Below, one piece after another: positions 18,061-27,523 of a DNA stretch of 36,619 nt. The notes beneath the pieces are model-generated. The model saw nothing but the letters and a program-made list of their open reading frames with translations. It did no database searches and was not told the origin of the DNA. Source of the DNA: a virus. Taxonomy: Duplodnaviria > Caudoviricetes. The stretch's first letter is position 1; every line of letters begins with the position of its first letter. The stretch lies in IMG/VR virus record IMGVR_UViG_3300011116_000913, positions 1 to 36,619 of that record, one strand, 5' to 3'. Both the position numbers and the translations under genes were made by a program.

Positions 18061-21000
18061 ATGATAGATAGATTCGTAAATAAAGATAAAATAAAAGATT
18101 CGTCATCATTAATTGAAGGAGTATCATTTGATTATGAGCCATTTATGAGTCTAGACATATCAAAAGCAATAGTAGATGAGATAAAAAATCCATTCTCCAT
18201 AGATTCTCATATTTATAATACAAGTTATGATTTAGTTAAGTCAGCTTATAATGTAAGAAATGATTTTGATTCTACCTACGATGATATAAATTTTGATGTA
18301 TGTAAATTATTTTTTGATTCAGAAATATTTGAGGGAACTTATAAAATTTGTTTTAATTTTCTTTATAACATTTTTGGAAACATAGATAATCAGTATTTTT
18401 ATATTCAAGAAATTAGCCCGGATGAGTTAGAATTAAAATTAGCTATAAGGCCTACATACTTAAAAAATAACCCAGATGTAATACAGAAATTAGAATTGTT
18501 TAAAAATAAAGTATCTTATTTAAGAACATTAGGTTTTATTAATAATATCGTAATAAATTTAGGAGAAAATAAAATTTATTCAATTATAAACATAAAAGTC
18601 GATTGTGATAATGAGTACGTTATTTATGTTAAATTGTTAAAACCTATAGAAAATTTAAAAACAGGAAATCTATTACATATTTGTTATAAAGTAGCCGAAG
18701 ATTATTTTGATTCATTCACTGTAACTTCTCCAGAAGTAGTCAGTGAGCCTAGAACTTTAACACCTAATTATTCCATAAACACCCCGAGTGGTGAATCAAC
18801 TAATTATAACACTTGGAATAGTTTACTCCCATCTAAAGATGAGGATATTTACCATTATTGGGATACTTTACTAGATTCAAATTACGAGACAGCTAACACA
18901 ATCATAAATAGAGTTATATCATCTTCAGCTTCCGTTCCTTTAAACATAGATTACTCTGTATTTTCTAATTTTGTATTTTACGGATCGGCTCAAGAAAGAT
19001 TAAAAAACTATAATTACAAGCTACAATTAATTGAATTTTATAATAGCCAAAGTAATGCAATAAAATCAAGCAATTCTTCAGGGAGTAATTTTGGTATTGC
19101 AGATCATAATAAAATAATAAAAAGAGCCTATCAAGTTAAAAATAGTTTCGATGAATTTGAGAATTATTTATATTATTCTTCAGGGAGTATTTTTTCTTAT
19201 GACATAACAGGTAGTATTACTCCTACACCTAAATACATATCTCAAAATAAGTATTACAATTATCATATAACATCTTCTGCCTATAATTATTGGTATTCTT
19301 CATCTTTGTCTAAAGCTAGAAAATTTGATAGTACAAATTACAATACATTATATGAAGCAACTCCGGGTCATATTGTTAATGATTCAGACAACTCCGAATA
19401 TTTTGTTTTTCTTGACATGATAGGTCAGCATTTTGATAATTTATATGCTTTTACTAAAGAATTAACATCTATTCACAGGAGAGATGAACATCCTAAAAGA
19501 GGTATTCCTAATGAACTACTTAAAACTTACGCAAAATCTTTAGGTTGGGAAGTAAATAATGGATATCAACTTAGTAATCTTTGGTTATATAAATTAGGTA
19601 CTGATAATACAGGAAGTTTCTTAGAGACAGGAACTTTAGCTTCTCAAGCACATGAGTATCTAACACATCAAATTTGGAGAAGAGTAGTAAATAACATACC
19701 TACTCTTTTAAAAACAAAAGGTACAGAGCGAAGTCTGAAATCTTTGCTTTCTATATATGGTATTCCTCAAACCTTAATTAGTATAAAGGAGTATGGTGGA
19801 GCAAGACCTCCTAAATATAATCCTACTCACAAAAGTTACAGGTATCAATACTTGTTAAAATTTGATGGCAATCAATTTGTTAAAATTCCGTGGGGACAAT
19901 CTATATCTCCTAACGAAAATCAAGTATCAGCTCCTAGAGTTTCTGAATTTAGGTTTAAAACAACTGAATCTTCTAGCCTTAGTATGAGTCTATGGTCTAT
20001 AGAGGATTCTAAAAATAGTAATAAAGTATATAATAATTTAGAATTAGTAAGTTATAGAGCATTTTCAACTTCATCAAGAAGTGGAAGTTATGCTTACGGT
20101 TTTTTAAGATACAAGAACGCACAAAGTACATCTAATTCAACATCTTCTTTCTCTATAAAAACAATTCAATCCCAGTATTATCCATTTTTTGATGGAGACG
20201 CTTGGAATGTTAGGATATACACAGATAGAAATATAACAGATACTAAAAAAACAGGTTCTATACATATTGAATGGAAAAAATCAAGTGGTAATTTTGAAAA
20301 TTGGATTAGTTTTTCTGGTTCTATGATTGTTACTTCTTCCTCTGACATTTCATTCTCTTGGGGTTCTACTAGTTCTCTATCTACTCCACACAACATAATA
20401 TTAGGAGGCTCTACAGGTAGTCAATATGCAGGAGTGAATTCAAGTAGATATAGAGGATTTTTACAGGCGTATAAAGATTACAGTGACATATATTCAGAAA
20501 AAGTATTTGAGGAACATACACTAAACCCAGCGGCTTATCATGGTTCTTCATACACGGCATCTTTTGACACATTAAATAGATTCTATCCAATGGGTGTGGA
20601 TGCTCTTAGATATGACCATTCTACTTATAGATTCGTATCTTCTAGTCACCCTAATCGAATAAAATCACAATATACTACTGCTAGCTTCATAGGATTCTCC
20701 GGGTCTCAAGAAAATCAGTATAAACCTTTTTCAGAAATTTACTATAGTTACTCACCTTCTATAGGAGCAAGTGTTATAAAAAGTGATAAAATACGAATAG
20801 AAGAATCTTTTTATACTAATCAATTATCTCCAGAAAAAAGAGTACAAATAAACACTTTTGATACAGACCCAGTTGATTCAAATAAATTAGCTGTAGTATT
20901 TAGTCCAACAGATCAAGTAAATAGAGATATATCAAATCAATATGGAGGTATAGATTTAGATAATTTAATTGGAGATCCTTCTGATTTATATAGAGACGAG

Positions 21001-22518
21001 TATAATAATCTTAGAATAAATCGAGAAAATTATTGGAAGAAGTACAAGAATAGAAATAATTACAACAAATACATAGAAATATTTTCACTTTATGATTATT
21101 CTATATTTGAGCAGATAAAACAATTAGTTCCCGCTAGAGCAAATCTTATAGCAGGTATCTTATTGGAGGAAAATATATTAGAGAGGGCTAAAGTCGCAAG
21201 AAAAAACCCTTCTATGACTAACCCACAATATGAAAAAACAATCATAAAAACCGATAGTCAAGTTGGAGAATATATATTGTACACAGGTTCTATAAGTTAC
21301 GAACCCCCGGTAGAGATGTCACATAAAAAATATACATCATCTTTAGATTTTAATATAGTACCTGATTTTGAACAAATAAAATATAGCACGAGTACAGATA
21401 TGCCACCTGATTTAGAATTAGAGTACAGGAAATATAAATCAGAATTACCGGTTGTTGTGACTCCTGACTTTAAACATGAAAAAATAACATCTACTTTAAA
21501 TTATTATGATGGATATTCTTTATTATTTTCAGATTTAGATTCTCATAAAGTTAATCAAAATGGAAAATTATATGAATTCGGCGGGGAAACATACTTGTAC
21601 AAATATGAAAATTTAATGGACACCCTAGAAATGAATAGAGACATATCAAATATATATTCTATTTCAGATTTAGGAACATTAGAACATGTAAGAGGTAATA
21701 TTAATCTACTCAATACAAATGAAGAAAATGATATTAACTCAAACATAGAATCCTTATACTATTTCAATGATGAAAGAAATTTAATTGAATCATACGCAAC
21801 TTTAAATAGATATTTATCGTTTATAGGAAATGTGTTGCATGCTAGCGGATCTACAGAGGAAAACATTGCATATAGATTTAAAAGAAATGGAACATATAGA
21901 GATAGAATATTAAATAGAAGAAAGATTAATTTTTATGATGGAAACACAAATGTAATATCAAATGATTTTAAATTAGATTCATCATGTTATAAGATAGAAA
22001 ATATAGTGGGTAAAGTTACTAATTTCAATATCGATAATTTTTACAATGACAATAATTCATACAATTATGTTTTGTCATCTAGTTTCCATAATTTTAATTC
22101 TACATTGACTAAATTACAACTAAAAGAATATTTATACAAGAATGAATATGTAATAAATGATGCTGGAAATATTTATAGGAATAAATTGTATGTTACTCAA
22201 TCTATTATAGAATCTGAAAGAACTAATTTAAAATATAAAAAAGTAGTATATCATTACTCATCTAGCACCGCCGTAAATTATTCTTCACAATATCAAAAAA
22301 ATTTAAATCTAGCGACATTGATAAACACAAAAAATTATTATTCATCTTCTCTCGTTCCTACTAATTATCAATACGTTGAAGACTCTGTACCTAATAGACT
22401 TAGATTTACTGGATGCAAATTAACCGGATTAGATTTTAATGTAGACACAACAGACACTATTGACGGTGGACCTGTTGTAGAATACAGAGAAGTTAGTGCG
22501 AATCAAATAATAGTGTAA
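18061..22518 (+). CDS. Large baseplate/tail structural protein (gp7 / P2 gpI-like motif)
   Basis: 1485 aa. LLKTKGTERSLKSLLSIYGIP resembles the tail protein I / gp7 KGT motif; located within the baseplate module. Confidence 0.6.
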   Translation: MIDRFVNKDKIKDSSSLIEGVSFDYEPFMSLDISKAIVDEIKNPFSIDSHIYNTSYDLVKSAYNVRNDFDSTYDDINFDVCKLFFDSEIFEGTYKICFNFLYNIFGNIDNQYFYIQEISPDELELKLAIRPTYLKNNPDVIQKLELFKNKVSYLRTLGFINNIVINLGENKIYSIINIKVDCDNEYVIYVKLLKPIENLKTGNLLHICYKVAEDYFDSFTVTSPEVVSEPRTLTPNYSINTPSGESTNYNTWNSLLPSKDEDIYHYWDTLLDSNYETANTIINRVISSSASVPLNIDYSVFSNFVFYGSAQERLKNYNYKLQLIEFYNSQSNAIKSSNSSGSNFGIADHNKIIKRAYQVKNSFDEFENYLYYSSGSIFSYDITGSITPTPKYISQNKYYNYHITSSAYNYWYSSSLSKARKFDSTNYNTLYEATPGHIVNDSDNSEYFVFLDMIGQHFDNLYAFTKELTSIHRRDEHPKRGIPNELLKTYAKSLGWEVNNGYQLSNLWLYKLGTDNTGSFLETGTLASQAHEYLTHQIWRRVVNNIPTLLKTKGTERSLKSLLSIYGIPQTLISIKEYGGARPPKYNPTHKSYRYQYLLKFDGNQFVKIPWGQSISPNENQVSAPRVSEFRFKTTESSSLSMSLWSIEDSKNSNKVYNNLELVSYRAFSTSSRSGSYAYGFLRYKNAQSTSNSTSSFSIKTIQSQYYPFFDGDAWNVRIYTDRNITDTKKTGSIHIEWKKSSGNFENWISFSGSMIVTSSSDISFSWGSTSSLSTPHNIILGGSTGSQYAGVNSSRYRGFLQAYKDYSDIYSEKVFEEHTLNPAAYHGSSYTASFDTLNRFYPMGVDALRYDHSTYRFVSSSHPNRIKSQYTTASFIGFSGSQENQYKPFSEIYYSYSPSIGASVIKSDKIRIEESFYTNQLSPEKRVQINTFDTDPVDSNKLAVVFSPTDQVNRDISNQYGGIDLDNLIGDPSDLYRDEYNNLRINRENYWKKYKNRNNYNKYIEIFSLYDYSIFEQIKQLVPARANLIAGILLEENILERAKVARKNPSMTNPQYEKTIIKTDSQVGEYILYTGSISYEPPVEMSHKKYTSSLDFNIVPDFEQIKYSTSTDMPPDLELEYRKYKSELPVVVTPDFKHEKITSTLNYYDGYSLLFSDLDSHKVNQNGKLYEFGGETYLYKYENLMDTLEMNRDISNIYSISDLGTLEHVRGNINLLNTNEENDINSNIESLYYFNDERNLIESYATLNRYLSFIGNVLHASGSTEENIAYRFKRNGTYRDRILNRRKINFYDGNTNVISNDFKLDSSCYKIENIVGKVTNFNIDNFYNDNNSYNYVLSSSFHNFNSTLTKLQLKEYLYKNEYVINDAGNIYRNKLYVTQSIIESERTNLKYKKVVYHYSSSTAVNYSSQYQKNLNLATLINTKNYYSSSLVPTNYQYVEDSVPNRLRFTGCKLTGLDFNVDTTDTIDGGPVVEYREVSANQIIV

Positions 22519-22535
22519 AATATTATATTTCAAAG

Positions 22536-22548
22536 TATTTATTATAAA
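22536..22548 (+). promoter_or_regulatory. Putative phage late promoter TATTTAT
   Basis: TATTTATTATAAA, 9 nt upstream of the ATG at 22558. Confidence 0.55.
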
Positions 22549-22557
22549 ACAAACAAA

Positions 22558-23241
22558 ATGGGATACCTAAACAATAACCAAATAACAGTAGATGCTATTT
22601 TAACCCGCAGAGGACGGGAATTACTTGCAAGAGGAAGAAATGAATTCCAAATTACACATTTTGCATTAGCCGACGATGAGATAGATTATTCATTATGGAA
22701 TACAGACCATCCACTTGGTACAGCATATTATGGAATTACCTTAGAGAACATGCCATTAACAGAAGCAGTAGTGGATGAAACTCAAATGATGAAATATAAA
22801 TTGGTCACACTACCTAAAAGAACGGTTAGAATACCAATTATATCTGTAGGTCAAACAGCAGTAACGTTAACAAACGGAGAAGAAATAACAATCTCTCCAA
22901 GAACTATAAATTTTGAAGGTGGAAATACTACTTTTGGATATACCGCGACTTTATCTGATAGTGACGTAGCCTCTTTTGTTGGTGTAACTAGAACCCCTGC
23001 TCAAAATAATGGTCAAGATACAGCTGCGTCAACTCCAAGAACTATCACAGACACGGAAGCAGCGCAGGCAATAAGTGTAACTGGTTTATCATTCACTTTA
23101 AAAGCAAAAGGTTCTACGCTAAATCAAAGAAAAGCCACGTTAGCAATAGTAGGAAACGAAACCGGAGGTAGAGTATCCATTAGCTTAACAGTGAATAGAA
23201 TTACTACAGGAACAACTCCTGGAGCTGGTATAACTGAATAA
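22558..23241 (+). CDS. Baseplate/fibre-attachment structural protein
   Basis: ILTRRGRELLARG...ITHFALADD resembles the N-terminus of tail-collar fibre (DUF3751-like) proteins. Confidence 0.6.
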   Translation: MGYLNNNQITVDAILTRRGRELLARGRNEFQITHFALADDEIDYSLWNTDHPLGTAYYGITLENMPLTEAVVDETQMMKYKLVTLPKRTVRIPIISVGQTAVTLTNGEEITISPRTINFEGGNTTFGYTATLSDSDVASFVGVTRTPAQNNGQDTAASTPRTITDTEAAQAISVTGLSFTLKAKGSTLNQRKATLAIVGNETGGRVSISLTVNRITTGTTPGAGITE

Positions 23242-23255
23242 ACAATAAAATAAAA

Positions 23256-24353
23256 ATGGCAAATACAGATATATTTACTACATTCAATACGGCCGATATT
23301 GTACCTAACCAAGAGGAAGTAATTACTAGAGCTTTATTCTCAAATAATGATGGTAACTTAACAACCTTTTTTACATCTTCCGGACAAACGGCAACACAAA
23401 AGAGGTATTATTATGAAATTTTTAATAGCTCTTCAAATGCTTTGGGATCTGAAGCTCAATTTAGTATTGCTTATGGTCAATACAATGGCTCTGGTTCCGC
23501 TGATGAAGGTGGTCAAATAAACGATACACCTACTAGAGCCATCTATGGACAGTATAAACAGTTATGTTTAGACCCGGGAGAAAGAAAATTTGTGATTAAT
23601 GGAAAATCTACTGATAGTATTTATGTAATTAATGTAAATAGAGCTAGATTGAGAGAATCCTTAGATGTAGGTACTTTAGAAATAAACTTAGCTCATCTAT
23701 CTGGTTCTCAATTTATTGCTGGACCTGGAAAGAATTCCACGCATACCGGATCAAATGTAAGATTAGCAGGTAACGGTAAATACATGAGATTAATTGATGA
23801 TTCTAAGTCTAATCCTGCTTCTGTTACCACAGCAGGAAAGGTTTACAATTTAGTATCGGGGTCTTTAGAATCTGGCGTTTATAATCCTAGTAATCCTCAA
23901 AAATTTGGTCTAGTGTATCCAAATTTAGGTATTGTCGTAATGGATGGTACTGCACTTGATAAATCCGCTTCTTTTGGTACAGTATCTGGCTCTGAAGTTG
24001 CAGGAGATAATGCTTTTAAATTATACAGGTCTATGTCTGGTTCCGCAAAGTTCCAAGATTTATCAGGAGACAAATTAGGTTTTCAAGCTAGAAGTTCAGA
24101 GAAAGTAAAATCTACTCATTATTTTGTAAGAGTTAGAAATGATAGGTATAACTTTAGCAATAATCCAACATTTATAACAGGTTCAGAAGGAGATTTCTCC
24201 CAACCTACTTTTATAAATGACCCTAAAGTGTATATTACAACAGTAGGTATGTATTCCGATTCTTATGAATTACTTGCGGTAGCTAAATTATCAAAACCAC
24301 TACAAAAAAGTTTTACTAGAGAAGCTCTTTTGAAAGTAAAATTAGATTTCTAA
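23256..24353 (+). CDS. Tail collar/baseplate protein, paralog 1
   Basis: C-terminal YITTVGMYSDSYELLAVAKLSKPLQK...VKLDF (DUF3751-like). Confidence 0.65.
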   Translation: MANTDIFTTFNTADIVPNQEEVITRALFSNNDGNLTTFFTSSGQTATQKRYYYEIFNSSSNALGSEAQFSIAYGQYNGSGSADEGGQINDTPTRAIYGQYKQLCLDPGERKFVINGKSTDSIYVINVNRARLRESLDVGTLEINLAHLSGSQFIAGPGKNSTHTGSNVRLAGNGKYMRLIDDSKSNPASVTTAGKVYNLVSGSLESGVYNPSNPQKFGLVYPNLGIVVMDGTALDKSASFGTVSGSEVAGDNAFKLYRSMSGSAKFQDLSGDKLGFQARSSEKVKSTHYFVRVRNDRYNFSNNPTFITGSEGDFSQPTFINDPKVYITTVGMYSDSYELLAVAKLSKPLQKSFTREALLKVKLDF

Positions 24354-24387
24354 GAATCAATATTTAATAGCGAAAACATAATGTGCA

Positions 24388-27300
24388 ATGGATTTTGAAG
24401 TATATTATTATTTGTCCGAACAAGATAAACAAATTTTTATAGAGTCTCTTCCATTTTCTGCAAGAGGGCAATATTTAAGAGATTATGATTCATGGTTTTA
24501 CAATCCTAGTAATCCTATTACAAATAGAGAAGCTGTTATAAGTAAAACAGTAAATTTTTTAGTTTGCGCAAATGGTAATCTACAGACGAATTCATATACT
24601 GTAACAGGAACAGCTTCTAGTATAGACAATCAAATAAACGCAATTATAGCTAATTTTACTTTAGCTGAAACATTAAATACTAATTATTCCTTTACATTCG
24701 GTATAGATTCGACTCCTAGTAGTATAAATTGTCCTCCTATAATTGACACTTCTAACACTACAGGTTCTTCTAGAGTTACTCCTACCCCACCTACACCTCC
24801 GCCAATTCCTACCTTTACATTATATTCTGCTTATTGTTTAAACGGAGTTGCAACTACCTCTGAACAAACATTCCCGTTATCTATAGATAGAAATCAAGCT
24901 ACGCTTAATATTTATGAAACATTAAGCAATATTCCGGGAGTAGACCCAGGATCTATTAAGACTAGTCCCTCAGTTATTCCAATAAATACAGTACAATGCT
25001 CTACAGTTCCGCCTATCCCTTCTACAGTAACTTTAAATGCTTCTTTTTGTAGCCCTCAAGGACCTAGAACTTCTTCTTTTGGACAAGTTAATTTTGCCAT
25101 TAGGAATCAGATTGGAGCTGCCTATAAATCACAATTAGAAAGGGAAGGAAATACAAACGTATCAATTGCTTTTGATTCTGTTCCTGCATTACCTACAAAT
25201 TGCGTTTCTACTAGCGGAGGAGGTTCTACCGGAGGTGGTAATCCAACACCTCCTGCAAATATTATTTTATCAGAAGAATTAAGAGCATCTGGCTGTTTAA
25301 ATGGTGGAATTAGGAGAACTTTTAAAAGAATTGAAATTGAAGCATCTCTAGGAACTACTAAAACTTCTGAATTTTTTAGAGATTTTCTATCCATTCAAAC
25401 TGTAGTATTTAGAAATCAACTATTATCCGAAGGTTATACTAATTTAAATATAACAACTAGTCCTAATCTTCCTCAAGATTCAGATTGTACAACAACAGAA
25501 AATAATAATAAAACATCTGCAATACCTCAAGTATTAGCTGCCGTACAATTTCAAGAGTGTGATGGGTCTATCGTTAACCTAAGTAATTCTATAGCTCCGC
25601 CCGCTCCTTCTGTTAGTATTAATGGAATTGGAATTTCCTTAGATATAATAAACAAAGGAATACTAGGAGATTTTGCATACACTTACAAGGCAGCTACAAG
25701 TACCGTTTTTTCAAAACCAGGTACATATACTGTAACTTTTGGAAACGTTTCAGGTTGGAAAACTCCATCACCTGTAACATTTAATTTAAATTCCGTTAAT
25801 GAATACGGAGGTGGAAATGCAGGAGCTGGAATATACGTTAGGTCTAATTGTAATGAACCTCGAACTACCGCTCAAATTCAAGCCGCTGTACAATTTCAAG
25901 AATGTGATGGTACAATAGTGAATTTAAGAAATTCTAGCAGACCTCCCGCCCCATCACTGACAATAAATGGTAAAAATCTCCCATTAGATAGATTTGGTCC
26001 AACAACTTATGAATCATTCATATTAGGAGATAATGCCTATATATACAGAGAATTAACTAGTTTAATATATTCAACACCCGGAACATATACTGTAAATTTT
26101 GGTGATATTCCGGGCTGGGTAACTCCTACTCCCGCATCTTTTACTTTAAACTCAAATAATGAATCCAAAGGAGGAAATGAGGCAATCAGGATATACAGAA
26201 GACCTGGATGTGAAGGTGAAGGCGGAGGAACAACAGGAGGTGAAACACCTACAGGACCTGGACCTACGCCCCCACCGCCCCCACCGCCCCCACCGCCCCC
26301 ACCAACTACAACAACTACTACTACATTAAGAATTCCAGACTCTAATTGGTTAAAACGCATAAACCCAATAGATAATAGAAAATATGTATTTGATGTTACC
26401 GAAGGTTTATTCTCTAATAACGTAAGGAACTTAATTACTTTCTTTACAGGTAGTACTTCTGAAAATTATAGTAGATATTATACACATGTGTATGATGAAA
26501 ATCCTAAAACATCATTAACATCTTCTATTCAGTTTAGCATAGCTTACGGACATAGCGGAGGTTCTGGATCTTTAGACGAAGGTAATAAAATTAACATAAC
26601 TCCCACTAGAGCTATTTATAGCCAATATAGAAATTTAGTTTTAGGTAGACCTGACGTTAAGTTTAATCTAACAGGAAGAGATACAGATAGCATATATGTA
26701 ATTAACTACCAATCTAAAAGATTAAAAGATAGATTAGATGCAGGAGTATTGGAACTTAACATTGCTCATTTATCAGGCTCTCAGTTTTTAGCAGGAGGTG
26801 GTACAATAGCAACTCACACAGGTTCAAATGTAAAATTGGCGGGAAACAACAGAGTTTTAAGATTAATTGATGATTCTAAGATAAACATAAATCCTGATTA
26901 CACGGATGTTGGTTATTCTTATAATATAGTTTCCGGAACTCTAGAAACAGGAGTTTACAATGAATCTAATCCTCATTATTACGGCAAATTGATTCCATCT
27001 CTAGGCGTAGTTCTTTTAGACGGTAATAAATTAGATTTGTCTGCTTCTTTCGCAACATCTAAAGCGTCAGAGATAGAAGGATATAACGCTATTAAATTAT
27101 ATAAATCATTTTCAGGGTCTGCATTAGTACAAGACATTAGCGGAGATTACTTAGGAATGAAAGCTAGAAGAGTAATTAGAGAATATAATGATTACTACTT
27201 TATTAGAATTAACAACAGGGAATTTAACTTTACAAATAATAACAGCTACTTTATTTACAACAAGAGAGAAAATTCTACTAATCCCGGAGATTTATCTATG

Positions 27301-27522
27301 CCATTAGACCCTAATTCACCGGAAGGTAGAGAACTAGCCAAAAGACTTACAGAGACTAATGGAGAAATATATGAAAACTTTGTAAATAACCCTCAAGTCT
27401 ATATAACTACCGTAGGTTTATATAATGCTCAAAGAGAACTTGTTGCAGTAGGTAAATTAGCTAAACCCATACTAAAAAACTTTACAGAAGAATCTATATT
27501 TACTGTAAAACTCAAGTATTAA
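24388..27522 (+). CDS. Tail collar/baseplate protein, paralog 2, with ~650-aa N-terminal repeat extension
   Basis: The C-terminal ~380 aa align with the whole 23256 gene (LFSNN..NL.TFFT, QFSIAYG..GSGS.DEG, TPTRAIY.QY, HLSGSQF, HTGSNV.LAGN). Poly-Pro/poly-Thr linker at ~26265-26325. Confidence 0.75.
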   Translation: MDFEVYYYLSEQDKQIFIESLPFSARGQYLRDYDSWFYNPSNPITNREAVISKTVNFLVCANGNLQTNSYTVTGTASSIDNQINAIIANFTLAETLNTNYSFTFGIDSTPSSINCPPIIDTSNTTGSSRVTPTPPTPPPIPTFTLYSAYCLNGVATTSEQTFPLSIDRNQATLNIYETLSNIPGVDPGSIKTSPSVIPINTVQCSTVPPIPSTVTLNASFCSPQGPRTSSFGQVNFAIRNQIGAAYKSQLEREGNTNVSIAFDSVPALPTNCVSTSGGGSTGGGNPTPPANIILSEELRASGCLNGGIRRTFKRIEIEASLGTTKTSEFFRDFLSIQTVVFRNQLLSEGYTNLNITTSPNLPQDSDCTTTENNNKTSAIPQVLAAVQFQECDGSIVNLSNSIAPPAPSVSINGIGISLDIINKGILGDFAYTYKAATSTVFSKPGTYTVTFGNVSGWKTPSPVTFNLNSVNEYGGGNAGAGIYVRSNCNEPRTTAQIQAAVQFQECDGTIVNLRNSSRPPAPSLTINGKNLPLDRFGPTTYESFILGDNAYIYRELTSLIYSTPGTYTVNFGDIPGWVTPTPASFTLNSNNESKGGNEAIRIYRRPGCEGEGGGTTGGETPTGPGPTPPPPPPPPPPPPTTTTTTTLRIPDSNWLKRINPIDNRKYVFDVTEGLFSNNVRNLITFFTGSTSENYSRYYTHVYDENPKTSLTSSIQFSIAYGHSGGSGSLDEGNKINITPTRAIYSQYRNLVLGRPDVKFNLTGRDTDSIYVINYQSKRLKDRLDAGVLELNIAHLSGSQFLAGGGTIATHTGSNVKLAGNNRVLRLIDDSKININPDYTDVGYSYNIVSGTLETGVYNESNPHYYGKLIPSLGVVLLDGNKLDLSASFATSKASEIEGYNAIKLYKSFSGSALVQDISGDYLGMKARRVIREYNDYYFIRINNREFNFTNNNSYFIYNKRENSTNPGDLSMPLDPNSPEGRELAKRLTETNGEIYENFVNNPQVYITTVGLYNAQRELVAVGKLAKPILKNFTEESIFTVKLKY

Positions 27523-27523
27523 T

